This document shows positions 9,692 through 19,944 of a stretch of 64,000 nucleotides of DNA, in pieces; position 1 is the stretch's first letter, and every line of letters starts with the position of its first letter. The DNA is taken from positions 1 through 64,000 of IMG/VR virus record IMGVR_UViG_3300031884_000002; one strand, written 5' to 3'. The position numbers were made by a program, and so were the translations under genes. The notes beneath the pieces are model-generated. The model made no database searches. It saw only the letters and a program-made list of their open reading frames with translations, and was not told where the DNA came from.

Positions 9692-10375
9692 TTATTTTTT
9701 CTCCAATTCTTCGGCTATTTTAAAACATAAATCTACTACTATATTAGATGCTTTGTATGTATCTATTTCAGAATTTTCTGGCAATTTTTTCCAACATCCA
9801 GTTGCCAATCCAATTGCCTCCCATACTGCCATATACATTTCATTTGATATTCTATAGCACAGTGGTCTTTTATTTAAAGGTAAAGCCATTGCTTCATCAT
9901 TTGACATTATAATAGCAGTGTTAAAAGCAGAGCCATCTGGTAATATTGTTGTTTCATTCATAATTTTTAATAGTATCACTTTTCCAATAATATGTTTTTC
10001 CTTGTCGTCTAGCTTGAGAAATACGAATACAATTATATAATGTAAAACATAGTAACATAGGCAATCCGATGAATACAAATACTATAGTCTTGAATATTTC
10101 CAATGTAATATATTTCATATAATTTAATTATGTCCAGTAACTAACATTTTGGGGTCGGCACAAAAATTAAAGTTTCCTTCATATGGATTAGGAGTTTCTG
10201 TGATTTGGTTTACATATTTAAATGGAGTTTGTTTAACCAATTCAGGATAAAACTCGTCATACATGACTCTTGGAACATGTAATGCTAATTTTATAGTTTT
10301 ACATTTGGTTTCATCGGATTCATATATAAATCCAAGTTTTTCAATTTCTTCTTTTGTTAAAATAGGAATATTCAT
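9692..10375 (-). CDS. Two hypothetical proteins (9692-10078, 10124-10375)
   Basis: ORF track; the first probably starts at MNETT. Confidence 0.6.
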
Positions 10376-10377
10376 GT

Positions 10378-11196
10378 TTAATATTCTTTTAATTCTTCGC
10401 TTACCGCATCACATCTAAAAAATCTACAGTTCAAATGTGATTTTATTTCATTCATTCGTCTTTTATCTGCTTCTTTTCGTTGATTATGATGACCTTCATC
10501 ATATTCCATTACTATATTTTTGTTTTTATCATATGCATCCAACCAATATCCCAGTTCTTTAACATAAAATTCTCCTCCATTTAATGCGTGCTGTAAATTC
10601 CATCCGTCTTTATTTAATTTATCAAAATATTTACATGCCTCAATACTAAACCTTGGCGTTACTCGATTTCCTCCGAATCTTGTTTTTTCAATGTATTTAA
10701 TACGGGAAAGGCGCATTTTTCTACGAGTTTCATCTGAGCATTTTCGTTGTTTATTTCCATCTATAACTTTTTGTTTTAATTCTGGAGCCATATTTAATAA
10801 TCCATTTCTTATTTTCATTCTCCATTCTTTAGGTGATGGTTTCCCTTTATTATGAGTTGGTTTTCCAATTCTCGCTAATGTGCCTTTTAATATCCAACTT
10901 TTTCTTTTATCGGGTGGCATATTTTGTAATCCCAATTTTACATTTCTTTTACGTTCTTCGCTTAATTTTCTACCTTTTAATGAGTTACTTATTTTTGCTC
11001 TATATTCCAGTGAACGGGGTCTTCCCTTAAATGCACAACTATAACATGCCGATTTAATTTTATTAGATAAATTAAAATATTTTTTAGATTTACATATAAT
11101 TTCTTTACCACACTTAGGACAAGTTCGTATCCATTGTTTTTTATTAATTTCCATATAGTCAAATGTCACCTTTAACATAACATGGGATTTTATCAT
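10378..11196 (-). CDS. NUMOD3-repeat homing endonuclease with Vsr/PD-(D/E)xK-like C-domain
   Basis: KISNSLKGRKLSEE and SDETRRKMR repeats; YWLDAYDKNKNIVMEYDEGHH. Confidence 0.75.
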   Translation of the reverse strand: MIKSHVMLKVTFDYMEINKKQWIRTCPKCGKEIICKSKKYFNLSNKIKSACYSCAFKGRPRSLEYRAKISNSLKGRKLSEERKRNVKLGLQNMPPDKRKSWILKGTLARIGKPTHNKGKPSPKEWRMKIRNGLLNMAPELKQKVIDGNKQRKCSDETRRKMRLSRIKYIEKTRFGGNRVTPRFSIEACKYFDKLNKDGWNLQHALNGGEFYVKELGYWLDAYDKNKNIVMEYDEGHHNQRKEADKRRMNEIKSHLNCRFFRCDAVSEELKEY

Positions 11197-11863
11197 ATGA
11201 TAGATTATACTTTTGACACATTTCTAAACATTTTCTATATGCTGCCACGGACTCATCTATACTTGATGACCGAGAAGCAAGTGCTTTTAATTTTTTAATT
11301 GTATTAAAAGTTTTTAAATCAACATTATCATAAATAAGAGTTTCCATATCAGGTTCAGTCGTTTCTCCAACTTCTTCTATTGTGGTATTTTCTCTTAACT
11401 GTTGATTTATATTCTGCCTCTCCTCGCTTCTTTCATATAGCAGTTCTGCAATATCTTGTAATGCTTCATCGGATTCTAATATATCATTTTCCGTTTTATA
11501 TGTAGATGTCAAATATTCATTTAATTTATCCCTTTTACGTTGTAATTCTTTCCCATAATATGGGTCGGTATCTGATTCGGATAATAAAAAATATAACATA
11601 TTAAGTATAGGTGTAGATTTCATTGGAATAAATCCACGACCCGCAAATATCTGTTCTTCACTCATTCCCTTTCGATTTCCCTCAGTTAAAAGATTCAGGC
11701 GCAACGCTTCGCCTTCCAATACTTCCTGTTTATATTTATTACCATAATTTTCGGCACAGGATAAAATCTTTCCTTTATCTTCTTTTACTTCATCAATTCG
11801 TTTGGCCAGACGACGTTGAAAATCAGAATCTGATTTTAATAGATTTATTAGGGATAATGACAT
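11159..11863 (-). CDS. Hypothetical protein with C-terminal DUF2786-like segment
   Basis: TIKKLKALAS...ESVAAYRKCLEMCQKYNL. Confidence 0.6.
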   Translation of the reverse strand: MSLSLINLLKSDSDFQRRLAKRIDEVKEDKGKILSCAENYGNKYKQEVLEGEALRLNLLTEGNRKGMSEEQIFAGRGFIPMKSTPILNMLYFLLSESDTDPYYGKELQRKRDKLNEYLTSTYKTENDILESDEALQDIAELLYERSEERQNINQQLRENTTIEEVGETTEPDMETLIYDNVDLKTFNTIKKLKALASRSSSIDESVAAYRKCLEMCQKYNLSYDKIPCYVKGDI

Positions 11864-11865
11864 AA

Positions 11866-12246
11866 TTATTTTCTTTCTTTTAAATGTGTAAGATATGTTT
11901 CACAATATTCGGCTTCGTCATCCACTCCACAAGCACCTTGACGGTAATTAGTAGGACTTACAATTCCGTTTTCATCAACATATTTTTCAAAATCAAGAAA
12001 TAAATTAGTAATATTTACTGGTCTATTATCTTCATTTATATTTTCGTTATATATTCTAACTAATATTGGCAATATCATACCGGACACAAATCCACCTCGT
12101 TCTTCAATTTCTCCAGTTGAATCTCCATATTTTAATATTAATAATTGAGCCAATTCTTCCAATCCATTTGCCAATTGGTCTTTTATATCGGCAGAACTAC
12201 CTTCAAGTAATCCGGTCTTTTCCCATTTTTCTGCATTTTTATTCAT
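11866..12246 (-). CDS. Small protein resembling the N-terminus of T4-like major capsid proteins
   Basis: EKWEKTGLLEG and ILPILVRIY resemble gp23-type prodomain motifs (by eye). Confidence 0.5.
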   Translation of the reverse strand: MNKNAEKWEKTGLLEGSSADIKDQLANGLEELAQLLILKYGDSTGEIEERGGFVSGMILPILVRIYNENINEDNRPVNITNLFLDFEKYVDENGIVSPTNYRQGACGVDDEAEYCETYLTHLKERK

Positions 12247-12283
12247 AACAATATTATAATTTATTTCTTGTTAATTGTAAAGA

Positions 12284-12991
12284 TTATTTATTTTCTACGA
12301 ATTTCGATTGATATTCGTAAATTTTTTTAATATGGTTTATAAAATCTAAATCAGACAGTTTTAATTTCATAAAATTACATCTTTTACAGCACGATACTAC
12401 ATTTTCAGATATATAACCTTTGTTATTATCTTTTCTATCTATACCATTATAGATATAAATTTCTGTTCTATTTCTTGCATGTTTAATATTACTTGGAATT
12501 TCGCCACAATAATAACAATTATTTTTAGTTAGAAGTTCAAATTCATTCGGTGTTAATTTAAATTCACGATTTTTAGATTTGGCTCCTGTTCGATAGTCAT
12601 TATATAGATTATTAAATGCAGATCTTCCGATTTCTTTAACTTTAAATTCATTTTTCTTTTTACAATATATACACATAGATTGTCGTTTAACACTGCCTAT
12701 TCTTTTATTTATTCCCATATGTCCACAATTACATGTGTAATCGACTTTAATAATTTTACTACCACATGGAGAAAATCCATTATATTGTTTTATTATTATT
12801 AATGATCCAAATTTATTTCCGATATAATTTACTTTCTTTTTGTTTCCAATATTTTTCCATTCGTTCTTCTCGGATTCGTAATTTGTTTCGTTGATAATAT
12901 TTTTTGGATCTGTTATTCCATTGTTCTCTAATTTCATCTTCGGCTCGATTGAGTTTTTTTCTTCCCATATAGTTAATGTATTTTTATTCAT
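12284..12991 (-). CDS. HNH homing endonuclease
   Basis: CYYCG...GIDRKDNNKGYISENVVSCCKRCNFMK. Confidence 0.85.
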   Translation of the reverse strand: MNKNTLTIWEEKNSIEPKMKLENNGITDPKNIINETNYESEKNEWKNIGNKKKVNYIGNKFGSLIIIKQYNGFSPCGSKIIKVDYTCNCGHMGINKRIGSVKRQSMCIYCKKKNEFKVKEIGRSAFNNLYNDYRTGAKSKNREFKLTPNEFELLTKNNCYYCGEIPSNIKHARNRTEIYIYNGIDRKDNNKGYISENVVSCCKRCNFMKLKLSDLDFINHIKKIYEYQSKFVENK

Positions 12992-13032
12992 ATTATATAA
13001 ATATAGAGTGAAAACATAAAAAGTGAAACTAT

Positions 13033-14196
13033 TTATTGTTTATTTTCTATAAATTTATATAAATCTTTGGACGCTTTTAAAATATATGTTATTGCTTCTT
13101 CTGGATTGTATGCTCTATTTGATAATTTAATAATATCTGTGGCACATTCAATCACAGAAAGTCTAATCTCATATGCATTTTTTGAACTTTTTATTATTGT
13201 TTGATCTCCATCTTTTTTAGGTTCTGAGCCGGAAGATACATACTTTGGAGTTGGTTTATTTTTTGATATTCCGGCAAGATATTTAAATCTTCCAGCAGTA
13301 TCCATTTTAATAGTTCCATCTTCAATTTTAACACCGGAATCTTCCTCTTGGTTGGTTACTAATTCTCCGTCTATTGATATTGGAACTCCAAATGTGCTAA
13401 CTGGATTTTTTGGATGAATAACAGTATTAAATAAACGAATTGTTATATTAGAATTTTGTTTTAATTCACATTCTTTTTCCAATTCCCCTATCATTTTATC
13501 TATCATTTTATCTATTTCGTTGATAGTTGTATCTTGTTCTTCTATTTTTAATTTGGATTTGACTTTAAATATCAATTCAAAATCTTTAGTATCATCTAAT
13601 TTTACAGTAAATTTTTCCCGAATGATGTCATTATTATTTTGTTTGTCTAATTGCTCGGTTATAACCTTTTTGTCATCGTCCGGTAGATTGTTTAATATAA
13701 CTTCATTTTCAAGTGCCACCGCAATATTTAATACTGTGGCAGTTTCTACTGAAATATATTGGGGATAATTAGCCATACATTTTTTAAAATTTGATATGGT
13801 GTCTCCTATTGGAATATCAACATTGGTATTTAATTTAGGCAATACATTACTTCCTAAAAAATCATCAGAAGTCCAAGGTTTAACAGAAGATGAGTTTGAT
13901 AGTGGAATTTCTGTTGAATTTAATGATTGAGTTACCCAACTGGCATTTCCAACAACAGAGTTTAATTCTTCATTGAATATTTTTTTATATCTATTACCAA
14001 ATGCGTCTTCTAATACTTTTTTGGCATTTTCTATTGTTTTTTTTCTTTCATCAATTATACACGAAGAAGTCACTGGTATATAATTTTTTTGGAATTCTTC
14101 GGTATTGGAAAATACAGATTGTGGAAATGTTGTATTTGGAATAGAAGGAGTAGCAGACTGCGTAACGGTATGTTTCTTTTTAGAACTTTTTTTCAT
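13033..14196 (-). CDS. Hypothetical protein (387 aa)
   Basis: Long ORF; no recognised motif. Confidence 0.75.
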   Translation of the reverse strand: MKKSSKKKHTVTQSATPSIPNTTFPQSVFSNTEEFQKNYIPVTSSCIIDERKKTIENAKKVLEDAFGNRYKKIFNEELNSVVGNASWVTQSLNSTEIPLSNSSSVKPWTSDDFLGSNVLPKLNTNVDIPIGDTISNFKKCMANYPQYISVETATVLNIAVALENEVILNNLPDDDKKVITEQLDKQNNNDIIREKFTVKLDDTKDFELIFKVKSKLKIEEQDTTINEIDKMIDKMIGELEKECELKQNSNITIRLFNTVIHPKNPVSTFGVPISIDGELVTNQEEDSGVKIEDGTIKMDTAGRFKYLAGISKNKPTPKYVSSGSEPKKDGDQTIIKSSKNAYEIRLSVIECATDIIKLSNRAYNPEEAITYILKASKDLYKFIENKQ

Positions 14197-14267
14197 ATAT
14201 CTTACTTTATGTGTGTTAGACGAACTGTATTGTCCGTTCTAAATTATAAATATATGATAAAAATAAA

Positions 14268-14293
14268 AAACACCGAATTATTTTTCGGTGTTT
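14268..14293. terminator. Probable bidirectional intrinsic terminator
   Basis: AAACACCGAA-TTATTT-TTCGGTGTTT with an A-run on the left. Confidence 0.6.
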
Positions 14294-14312
14294 GTGATGA
14301 TTGAGAATTATA

Positions 14313-15122
14313 TCAGGCTAAACTTGCACTGGTCCAGCGAGTTCCATTGAATACAAATAATAAATTATTTGACCCTGATGCAGTGGTTACAGTTTGAAAA
14401 TATGCCGATGCCGTTGCATAATTTACATTAACTATATGAGCCGAACTGCTATAAGGAAATTGGAATATTGTAGCATTTACAGGTCCAACTACGGCACTTG
14501 CAGTTCCCATTAAAGATGCGGTTATAGCAAGACAGTTGATAATAGTAGAACTAATATTATATGCATTAACATTACCGGCAACATCCAATGTATATTGGGG
14601 ATTAATATTGTTAATACCTACTTTATTATTGGAACCAACCGTGTAAATAGCAGGAGACGATTGATTTCCGAAACTAAATACACCTTGACCTCTGAAATAA
14701 TAACCGCCTAAATCAGTATTTTCACCATAATAATTATCGGCATTAGGACTATTTTTATCTTCTACTTTATTGGCACTTCCGGTTGAAGCTCCGGTTGGAC
14801 CAGAATAGATTCTGGTAAATCCAGCGGCATCAGTTGCTACGGAATATACGGTTGCTCCCGTCGATGATTTTATACCCATATAAACAGGATATGAACTTCC
14901 AACTGTAGTTGCGGCATTGTTAATAAATAATGCCGATGCTGAAACATTTTTTAGATACCCATTACCCGATGCATCAATAACTTCCGAGTTATTGCTACCA
15001 CTTCCACTAATAATGGTGTTTACGAAGTATCCCATACTATTGATACTTCCACTTACATCCAAGTTATATTGGGGATTAGGTTGATTGATTCCAACGTTAA
15101 TTGGAAAGTTAATTGTACTCAT
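14313..15122 (-). CDS. Tail-fibre/virion beta-repeat-like protein
   Basis: Two VGIN(x)xNPQYxLDVxG repeats; S/T/G/N-rich. Confidence 0.6.
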   Translation of the reverse strand: MSTINFPINVGINQPNPQYNLDVSGSINSMGYFVNTIISGSGSNNSEVIDASGNGYLKNVSASALFINNAATTVGSSYPVYMGIKSSTGATVYSVATDAAGFTRIYSGPTGASTGSANKVEDKNSPNADNYYGENTDLGGYYFRGQGVFSFGNQSSPAIYTVGSNNKVGINNINPQYTLDVAGNVNAYNISSTIINCLAITASLMGTASAVVGPVNATIFQFPYSSSAHIVNVNYATASAYFQTVTTASGSNNLLFVFNGTRWTSASLA

Positions 15123-15247
15123 TTTTATTCTTTCTATTTTTTGTTATATTTGTTAAGTATAACTCTTCAGAGTAATAAGTATAGAAGATTATCCAATATT
15201 GATGTAACAATTTAACGTGGCGTAACTATTTGTATATCAAGAACTTA

Positions 15248-15637
15248 TGGTGGAGATGAAGGGAATTGAACCCTTGTGTTATGAACTAATCTTAAATAAT
15301 ACTATATGTTTAGTTTATTATGATTTTAACTGATATATCAACAAACAATTTACTTCAGTCGAGATGAATTAATTGATTCATCACCAAACAAATGATTGGA
15401 ACCATTTGCAGTTTTTTTCTGCTATTAGATGTAAGAGTTTTAGCAGAAATCCAACTCTTACATACTGTTCAGGCTATTGCTAACTCTTCACAGTCAACGG
15501 ACAAATCTACTTCATCCATTGCAGCCAATTGAGATAATCGATTAGCATTTAATTTTTGACTGATTTTTATCGTAGCCAACAATCATCTACGACATACATT
15601 ATTTAGTCAGAGAACATAGTCGATACCTGTCATCCCC
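15248..15637 (-). ncRNA. ssrA: tmRNA; tag ANRLSQLAAMDEVDLSVDCEELAIA*
   Basis: 5' GGGGATG / 3' CATCTCCACCA with G3-U70 wobble; T arm GGGTTCAATTCCC; resume context TTAAAT-GCT; upstream TTGACA-N17-TATATT. Confidence 0.93.
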
Positions 15638-15682
15638 ATAACAATTATAAATATAACAGATTTTTAGAAACTTGTCAATATC

Positions 15683-15958
15683 TTATAAAACTTCAATAGA
15701 ATTGATTATTAGTTGTATTCCTGAGTAATTATCTTTCATATGTAATTTATATTTAATAAATTCATCGGAGATTAAACTATCAGACAAAAATTTATCTATA
15801 CAATATTGTGTATCTTTGTCTGAAAAATTAAGAAATTCACATTGCGATTTAATTCTATCAACAAAACAATCAAATTCTTCATAAGTTCCTCCGTGCCACA
15901 TTGCTCGTAATGGATAATACGGCAACCGATTTAATAATAACCTATCATATGGTGTCAT
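15683..15958 (-). CDS. Hypothetical protein
   Basis: ORF track. Confidence 0.6.
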   Translation of the reverse strand: MTPYDRLLLNRLPYYPLRAMWHGGTYEEFDCFVDRIKSQCEFLNFSDKDTQYCIDKFLSDSLISDEFIKYKLHMKDNYSGIQLIINSIEVL

Positions 15959-16149
15959 ATAAAATTAAATATTCTATAAATCAAAAATAAACATACATTG
16001 GTATGATAAACCATACATTCGTTCGCCATAACCATACATTTTATAATCATACTTTATACATATATTAAAAAAATATAACCGGTGATATTTTATGAATGTC
16101 ATTCATTTTAATTTTTTTAATGTTTTTTTATTTTGAATGATATTTATAC

Positions 16150-17301
16150 TTGATGATAACTTATAATACACAAATTATACCAGAATGTAAAGAAGATTTT
16201 GATAACTTGAAATCTATACTTGAAATGGAACAATTGGTATTTAATTTTGCATCTAAACAACAATTTACAGAAAATAAAAAATCATTAGTAGTATTACATT
16301 CCAAAGTATATAGAAATATAAGAAAGAAGTATGCGAATATCCCATCCCAAGTGATTATCAAAGCCGAACAGGACTGTTTATCTAAATATAGAAGTATAAA
16401 ATCTAATCAACATAAAATAAAAAAACCAATAGAAAAAAGAAAATTATCACTTAGATTGGATAAACATTTATATTCTCATCCTTCAAAGGATGAAAAATAT
16501 TCAATCAGAATAACAACTATTAGTGGCAGAAAAATATTTAAGTTTATCATTTATCACAAACTGAAAGAATTACTCGATAAGTATAAATATCGTGATCCAT
16601 TAATTTATGAGAATAGCGGTAAATTATTCATATCATTCACATTTGAAAATAAACCGCAAGATAAATTAAAACAAAAATTAGCATTAGGAGTAGATTTAGG
16701 AATTAGACGTGCCGCTGGGACTTCGATTGGAAAACTTGTCATAGATAAAAAGTTTAATGGTGAAAAACGAAAACTTAGATTTAATAAACGAAAATTACAA
16801 TCGAAAGGAACTAAATCAGCAAGAAAACATTTATTTAAATTAAAACATAAAGAACATAATAAAAATAAAAATCAAACTCATTTAATAGCGAATGAGATAT
16901 TAAAAACAAATGCCGATACAATTGTATTGGAAAATCTAAAAGGAATAAAAAGAAAGAAAACAAAATATCAAAATAAGCGTTCAATCGGACAAGTTCCGAT
17001 ATATGAACTTCGTAGAATAATAACCTATAAGGCAGAGAACCAAGGTAAAACGGTTCTTTTAGTTTGCCCTTCTTATACTTCTCAACGAGACTCCGTAACG
17101 GGTAAAATTGAAGGTGAAAGAAGAGGTTGTAGATTTTATTCTAAGAATGGACTTATTTATGATGCAGATATAAATGCAGCAATAAACATTGCTAAATTAT
17201 CTAAACTTCCCATATCACAGACTAATAATTTGACTTATGGGCAGGCATCCATCAATGTGCCATATATATATAAATCTTCTACTAATGTAGAAGTAGTATA
17301 A
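16150..17301 (+). CDS. tnpB: Second TnpB nuclease, intact RuvC triad, no recognisable left end
   Basis: GVDLG, VLENL, YDADINAA; clear paralogue of 7353-8513; likely ATG at 16153. Confidence 0.9.
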   Translation: MMITYNTQIIPECKEDFDNLKSILEMEQLVFNFASKQQFTENKKSLVVLHSKVYRNIRKKYANIPSQVIIKAEQDCLSKYRSIKSNQHKIKKPIEKRKLSLRLDKHLYSHPSKDEKYSIRITTISGRKIFKFIIYHKLKELLDKYKYRDPLIYENSGKLFISFTFENKPQDKLKQKLALGVDLGIRRAAGTSIGKLVIDKKFNGEKRKLRFNKRKLQSKGTKSARKHLFKLKHKEHNKNKNQTHLIANEILKTNADTIVLENLKGIKRKKTKYQNKRSIGQVPIYELRRIITYKAENQGKTVLLVCPSYTSQRDSVTGKIEGERRGCRFYSKNGLIYDADINAAINIAKLSKLPISQTNNLTYGQASINVPYIYKSSTNVEVV

Positions 17302-17333
17302 ATATTTAAGATTAATTCTTAGGTATATTCGAT
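17239..17333 (+). ncRNA. Degenerate omegaRNA/right-end scaffold of the second tnpB
   Basis: Aligns with 8431-8525: GGCAGG..., CTTCT/AGAAG stem, then TATTTAAGA-TTAAT-TCTTAGGTA hairpin. Confidence 0.55.
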
Positions 17334-17497
17334 AATTCAGTACTCCATTTTTTAATAGCGGCAGTTATTTTCTTCAATTCTCTAAGTTCTCTATTAAAAG
17401 ATTGCGTTTCTTCTTCGGATACAGTATCATAATATTTATCAATGATATTTAATACCTTTTTCAATAGTTCCTTACGGTCTTTTTCAAATATTTTCAT
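17312..17497 (-). CDS. Hypothetical protein converging on tnpB2
   Basis: ORF track. Confidence 0.6.
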   Translation of the reverse strand: MKIFEKDRKELLKKVLNIIDKYYDTVSEEETQSFNRELRELKKITAAIKKWSTELSNIPKN

Positions 17498-17499
17498 TC

Positions 17500-17596
17500 A
17501 GATAATAAATATCAGATAGAATTATGAAAAATGAATGAAGATAATAAATATCAGATAGAATTATGAAAAATGAATGAAGATAAAAATATCAGATAA
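17500..17596. repeat. Tandem repeat, 39-bp unit, about 2.5 copies
   Basis: AGATAATAAATATCAGATAGAATTATGAAAAATGAATGA at 17500 and 17539, partial copy at 17578; no spacers. Confidence 0.9.
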
Positions 17597-17650
17597 TCGG
17601 CACAAAACAATGTATAAATATTAAAGGTTGACAATAATCTATTTTCTGAT

Positions 17651-17893
17651 ATGCTATGTCAAATTATGAATATCAATATTGACCCAATTAGAGAATCCAT
17701 TACTCCAAAAGAACCAATCAAATACATTAATGCGGCACAATGTAAAAAATTTGCCATAGAATATGCCAAACAAAATAAACCCAAGTTTACCAGAGTATCC
17801 AAGGAGTTCTTAAAATCATGTGAATATGTGGTAAGAAACCATATGGAATCAAGGATTAGAAACCACATTTCCAAAGGAAAGACTTTAATGTAA
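17651..17893 (+). CDS. Putative histone-fold protein (short, lacking helix 3); likely start 17666
   Basis: INAAQCKKFAIEYAK-loop-RVSKEF-long helix-SKGKTLM parallels the archaeal histone RVS and RKT loops. Confidence 0.55.
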   Translation: MLCQIMNINIDPIRESITPKEPIKYINAAQCKKFAIEYAKQNKPKFTRVSKEFLKSCEYVVRNHMESRIRNHISKGKTLM

Positions 17894-17894
17894 T

Positions 17895-18955
17895 ATGAAA
17901 AAATTAAAAATAATCAAAAAAGTTATAGGTTATATAGATACTAATGGATTTTATCTTGAATTAGAAGATAAATCTTTTATATCCTGTAATATGAAAATAT
18001 ATCATTCGGTAAATATAGGAGACGAAGTTGAAATAGAAGTAAACTTAGTTAGAACCATACGAGAAAGTATTATATGAATATTATTGATTATATCATGTTT
18101 TCATATTACATTAAAGTCACTATTTCTAATAATGTCATTGGTTTGTATTGCCTTGTTTAATATATGTGAAATAGTGTTATTTAATAAACTTAAAATTAAA
18201 TGGCACCACCGACAAATAAAAAATCATTATAAAAAATCCAAATTATATCCTATTGAAAAAGATGCCGACGATAGATTTAATGGAAATATAAATAAAGATT
18301 TTAGAATATATCATTTAAATCAGGCACAGCATCATAAAGATGAAGTTAGAAAAATAATAAACAATTCATAATGACATGGGAATGGATAATATTAGGGATG
18401 ATTTTTTTATTTTTATGTATAATTGAAAATAAAGAATAATATTTCTATATTTATAGAATATGATTATTATATCCATAATGTTGAATATTCTATTAGTTCT
18501 TACTATTCTGGGACTTATGAAATATTATAGAAATAAACCGCAATGTAATTTCAAAAACTCATGTACCAAGTTTAATTCACAAGATATTGTTTCTGCCGCC
18601 AAAAGAATAGTGGATTTAATTGTCGAAGAGCATCAGCATCAAAGCCTTATACGAAAAGAACTTATAAAATATATCAAATCTAAATAACAGAACCACTACA
18701 ATAATTAAAGTTACAATCTTCCAACATATTATTTAAATCAGACCCAGTAGCAGGTGTATTGTAAATGCTTTGTGAAATAGAAGAAGAATATAACTCTAAT
18801 TTAGCAGCCGCTTCTTTTTCCGCTTTCTTTTTATAATATCGAGCCAAATCTTTGGCATTCTTTTCTTCCTTGTTTCTCAAATAATAGCGATGGGAAGCTT
18901 CATTTAAAGCTCCTCTTTTTTCGTTATTGTTATAATATTTTTTTAGTCTTCCCAT
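17895..18955. CDS. Small hypothetical proteins: 17895-18077(+), 18084-18371(+), 18460-18687(+), 18680-18955(-)
   Basis: ORF track; two have N-terminal hydrophobic segments. Confidence 0.55.
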
Positions 18956-19370
18956 AATACTTTATAAATATAATCGACTTTGTTAATTATCTTATAAATT
19001 GTTAACCTGAATATTTTTCTAATTTATTTTTTGAATATGCCGCCAAAATTATTATAAAAATCAATTTTCCAATATTTTTTATTACCTTTTCTTTAAAATA
19101 ATTACTTTTTGACTTCTTATATTAAAAATCATTACTTTTTTCTTTGTTTAAGCCATAAATTATCTTATAAATTGTTCTATTGAAAAAATTACCTCGTATC
19201 GTGAATGACTAGGAGCCAGCGGTGAAGTGTCTATTTTTTGGACAGTCAGAAGCATACCACCGGTGGGGTGGGTGCCATTTATACCACTATAAGTAGTATG
19301 GTTATACATAGCAACAAGTGTGCCAAGTGATTTATTAGTTCACTTGGCACGTTAATTGTTTCCTACTTAT

Positions 19371-19799
19371 TTACAGACTTGGCATAAGAGTTGCGTAGTC
19401 CTCTTTAGGATTGTCCCGAATGAAGTCAAGTTTTCCATCGCTTGACAAAGCTTGCCTGACAGCATTAATTTTGCTGGCGATTTCGCCATGTACTTTCGTC
19501 ATAAGGTTAAGCAAGGAAAAATCCATTGCCTTGCTTTCGTCCGGCAAGATTTCATCGGTTGCCGATACGATGGAAAAGGTTGCATCACATTCAACCAAAA
19601 AAGCATCCAACGTGTCATCTTGCTTGGCGAGCATGGCATTATATTCCGCATCAGCTTCAATATCATCGGCGGAAATTTCCGGTTGCGCCACGGTCAAGCT
19701 TGGCTCAATTGCGATTGTTTCCGCATGAATATCAGACAAGCCAAGACTGGCGAGTTTAGCAATGGTGGATTTATTTTTAGAACCTTTTGGGCGAGACAT
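19371..19799 (-). CDS. Hypothetical protein with N-terminal RPKGSKNK (AT-hook-like) motif and acidic body
   Basis: ORF track; A/C-rich leader upstream. Confidence 0.7.
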   Translation of the reverse strand: MSRPKGSKNKSTIAKLASLGLSDIHAETIAIEPSLTVAQPEISADDIEADAEYNAMLAKQDDTLDAFLVECDATFSIVSATDEILPDESKAMDFSLLNLMTKVHGEIASKINAVRQALSSDGKLDFIRDNPKEDYATLMPSL

Positions 19800-19944
19800 A
19801 TATTTTTTATTGTTTGATTGTTTAGTTTATTGTGTTTTAACTTACGAAAATGATTTTATATTTTATTTGGCGAATTGCAAGAAAAAAGATGATTTATTTT
19901 TTGATTAGACTGGCTTTTTTGTTTTCCAGTCACTATTTATTTAT

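Noticed and set aside
17276-17293. TCTAC-TAAT-GTAGA resembling a Cas12a direct-repeat stem after tnpB2
   Set aside because: It is a single copy with no spacers, and it aligns with the CTTCT/GGAAG omegaRNA stem of tnpB1.
17500-17596. Possible mini-CRISPR array next to tnpB2
   Set aside because: The units are head-to-tail with no unique spacers; better explained as a duplicated promoter segment.
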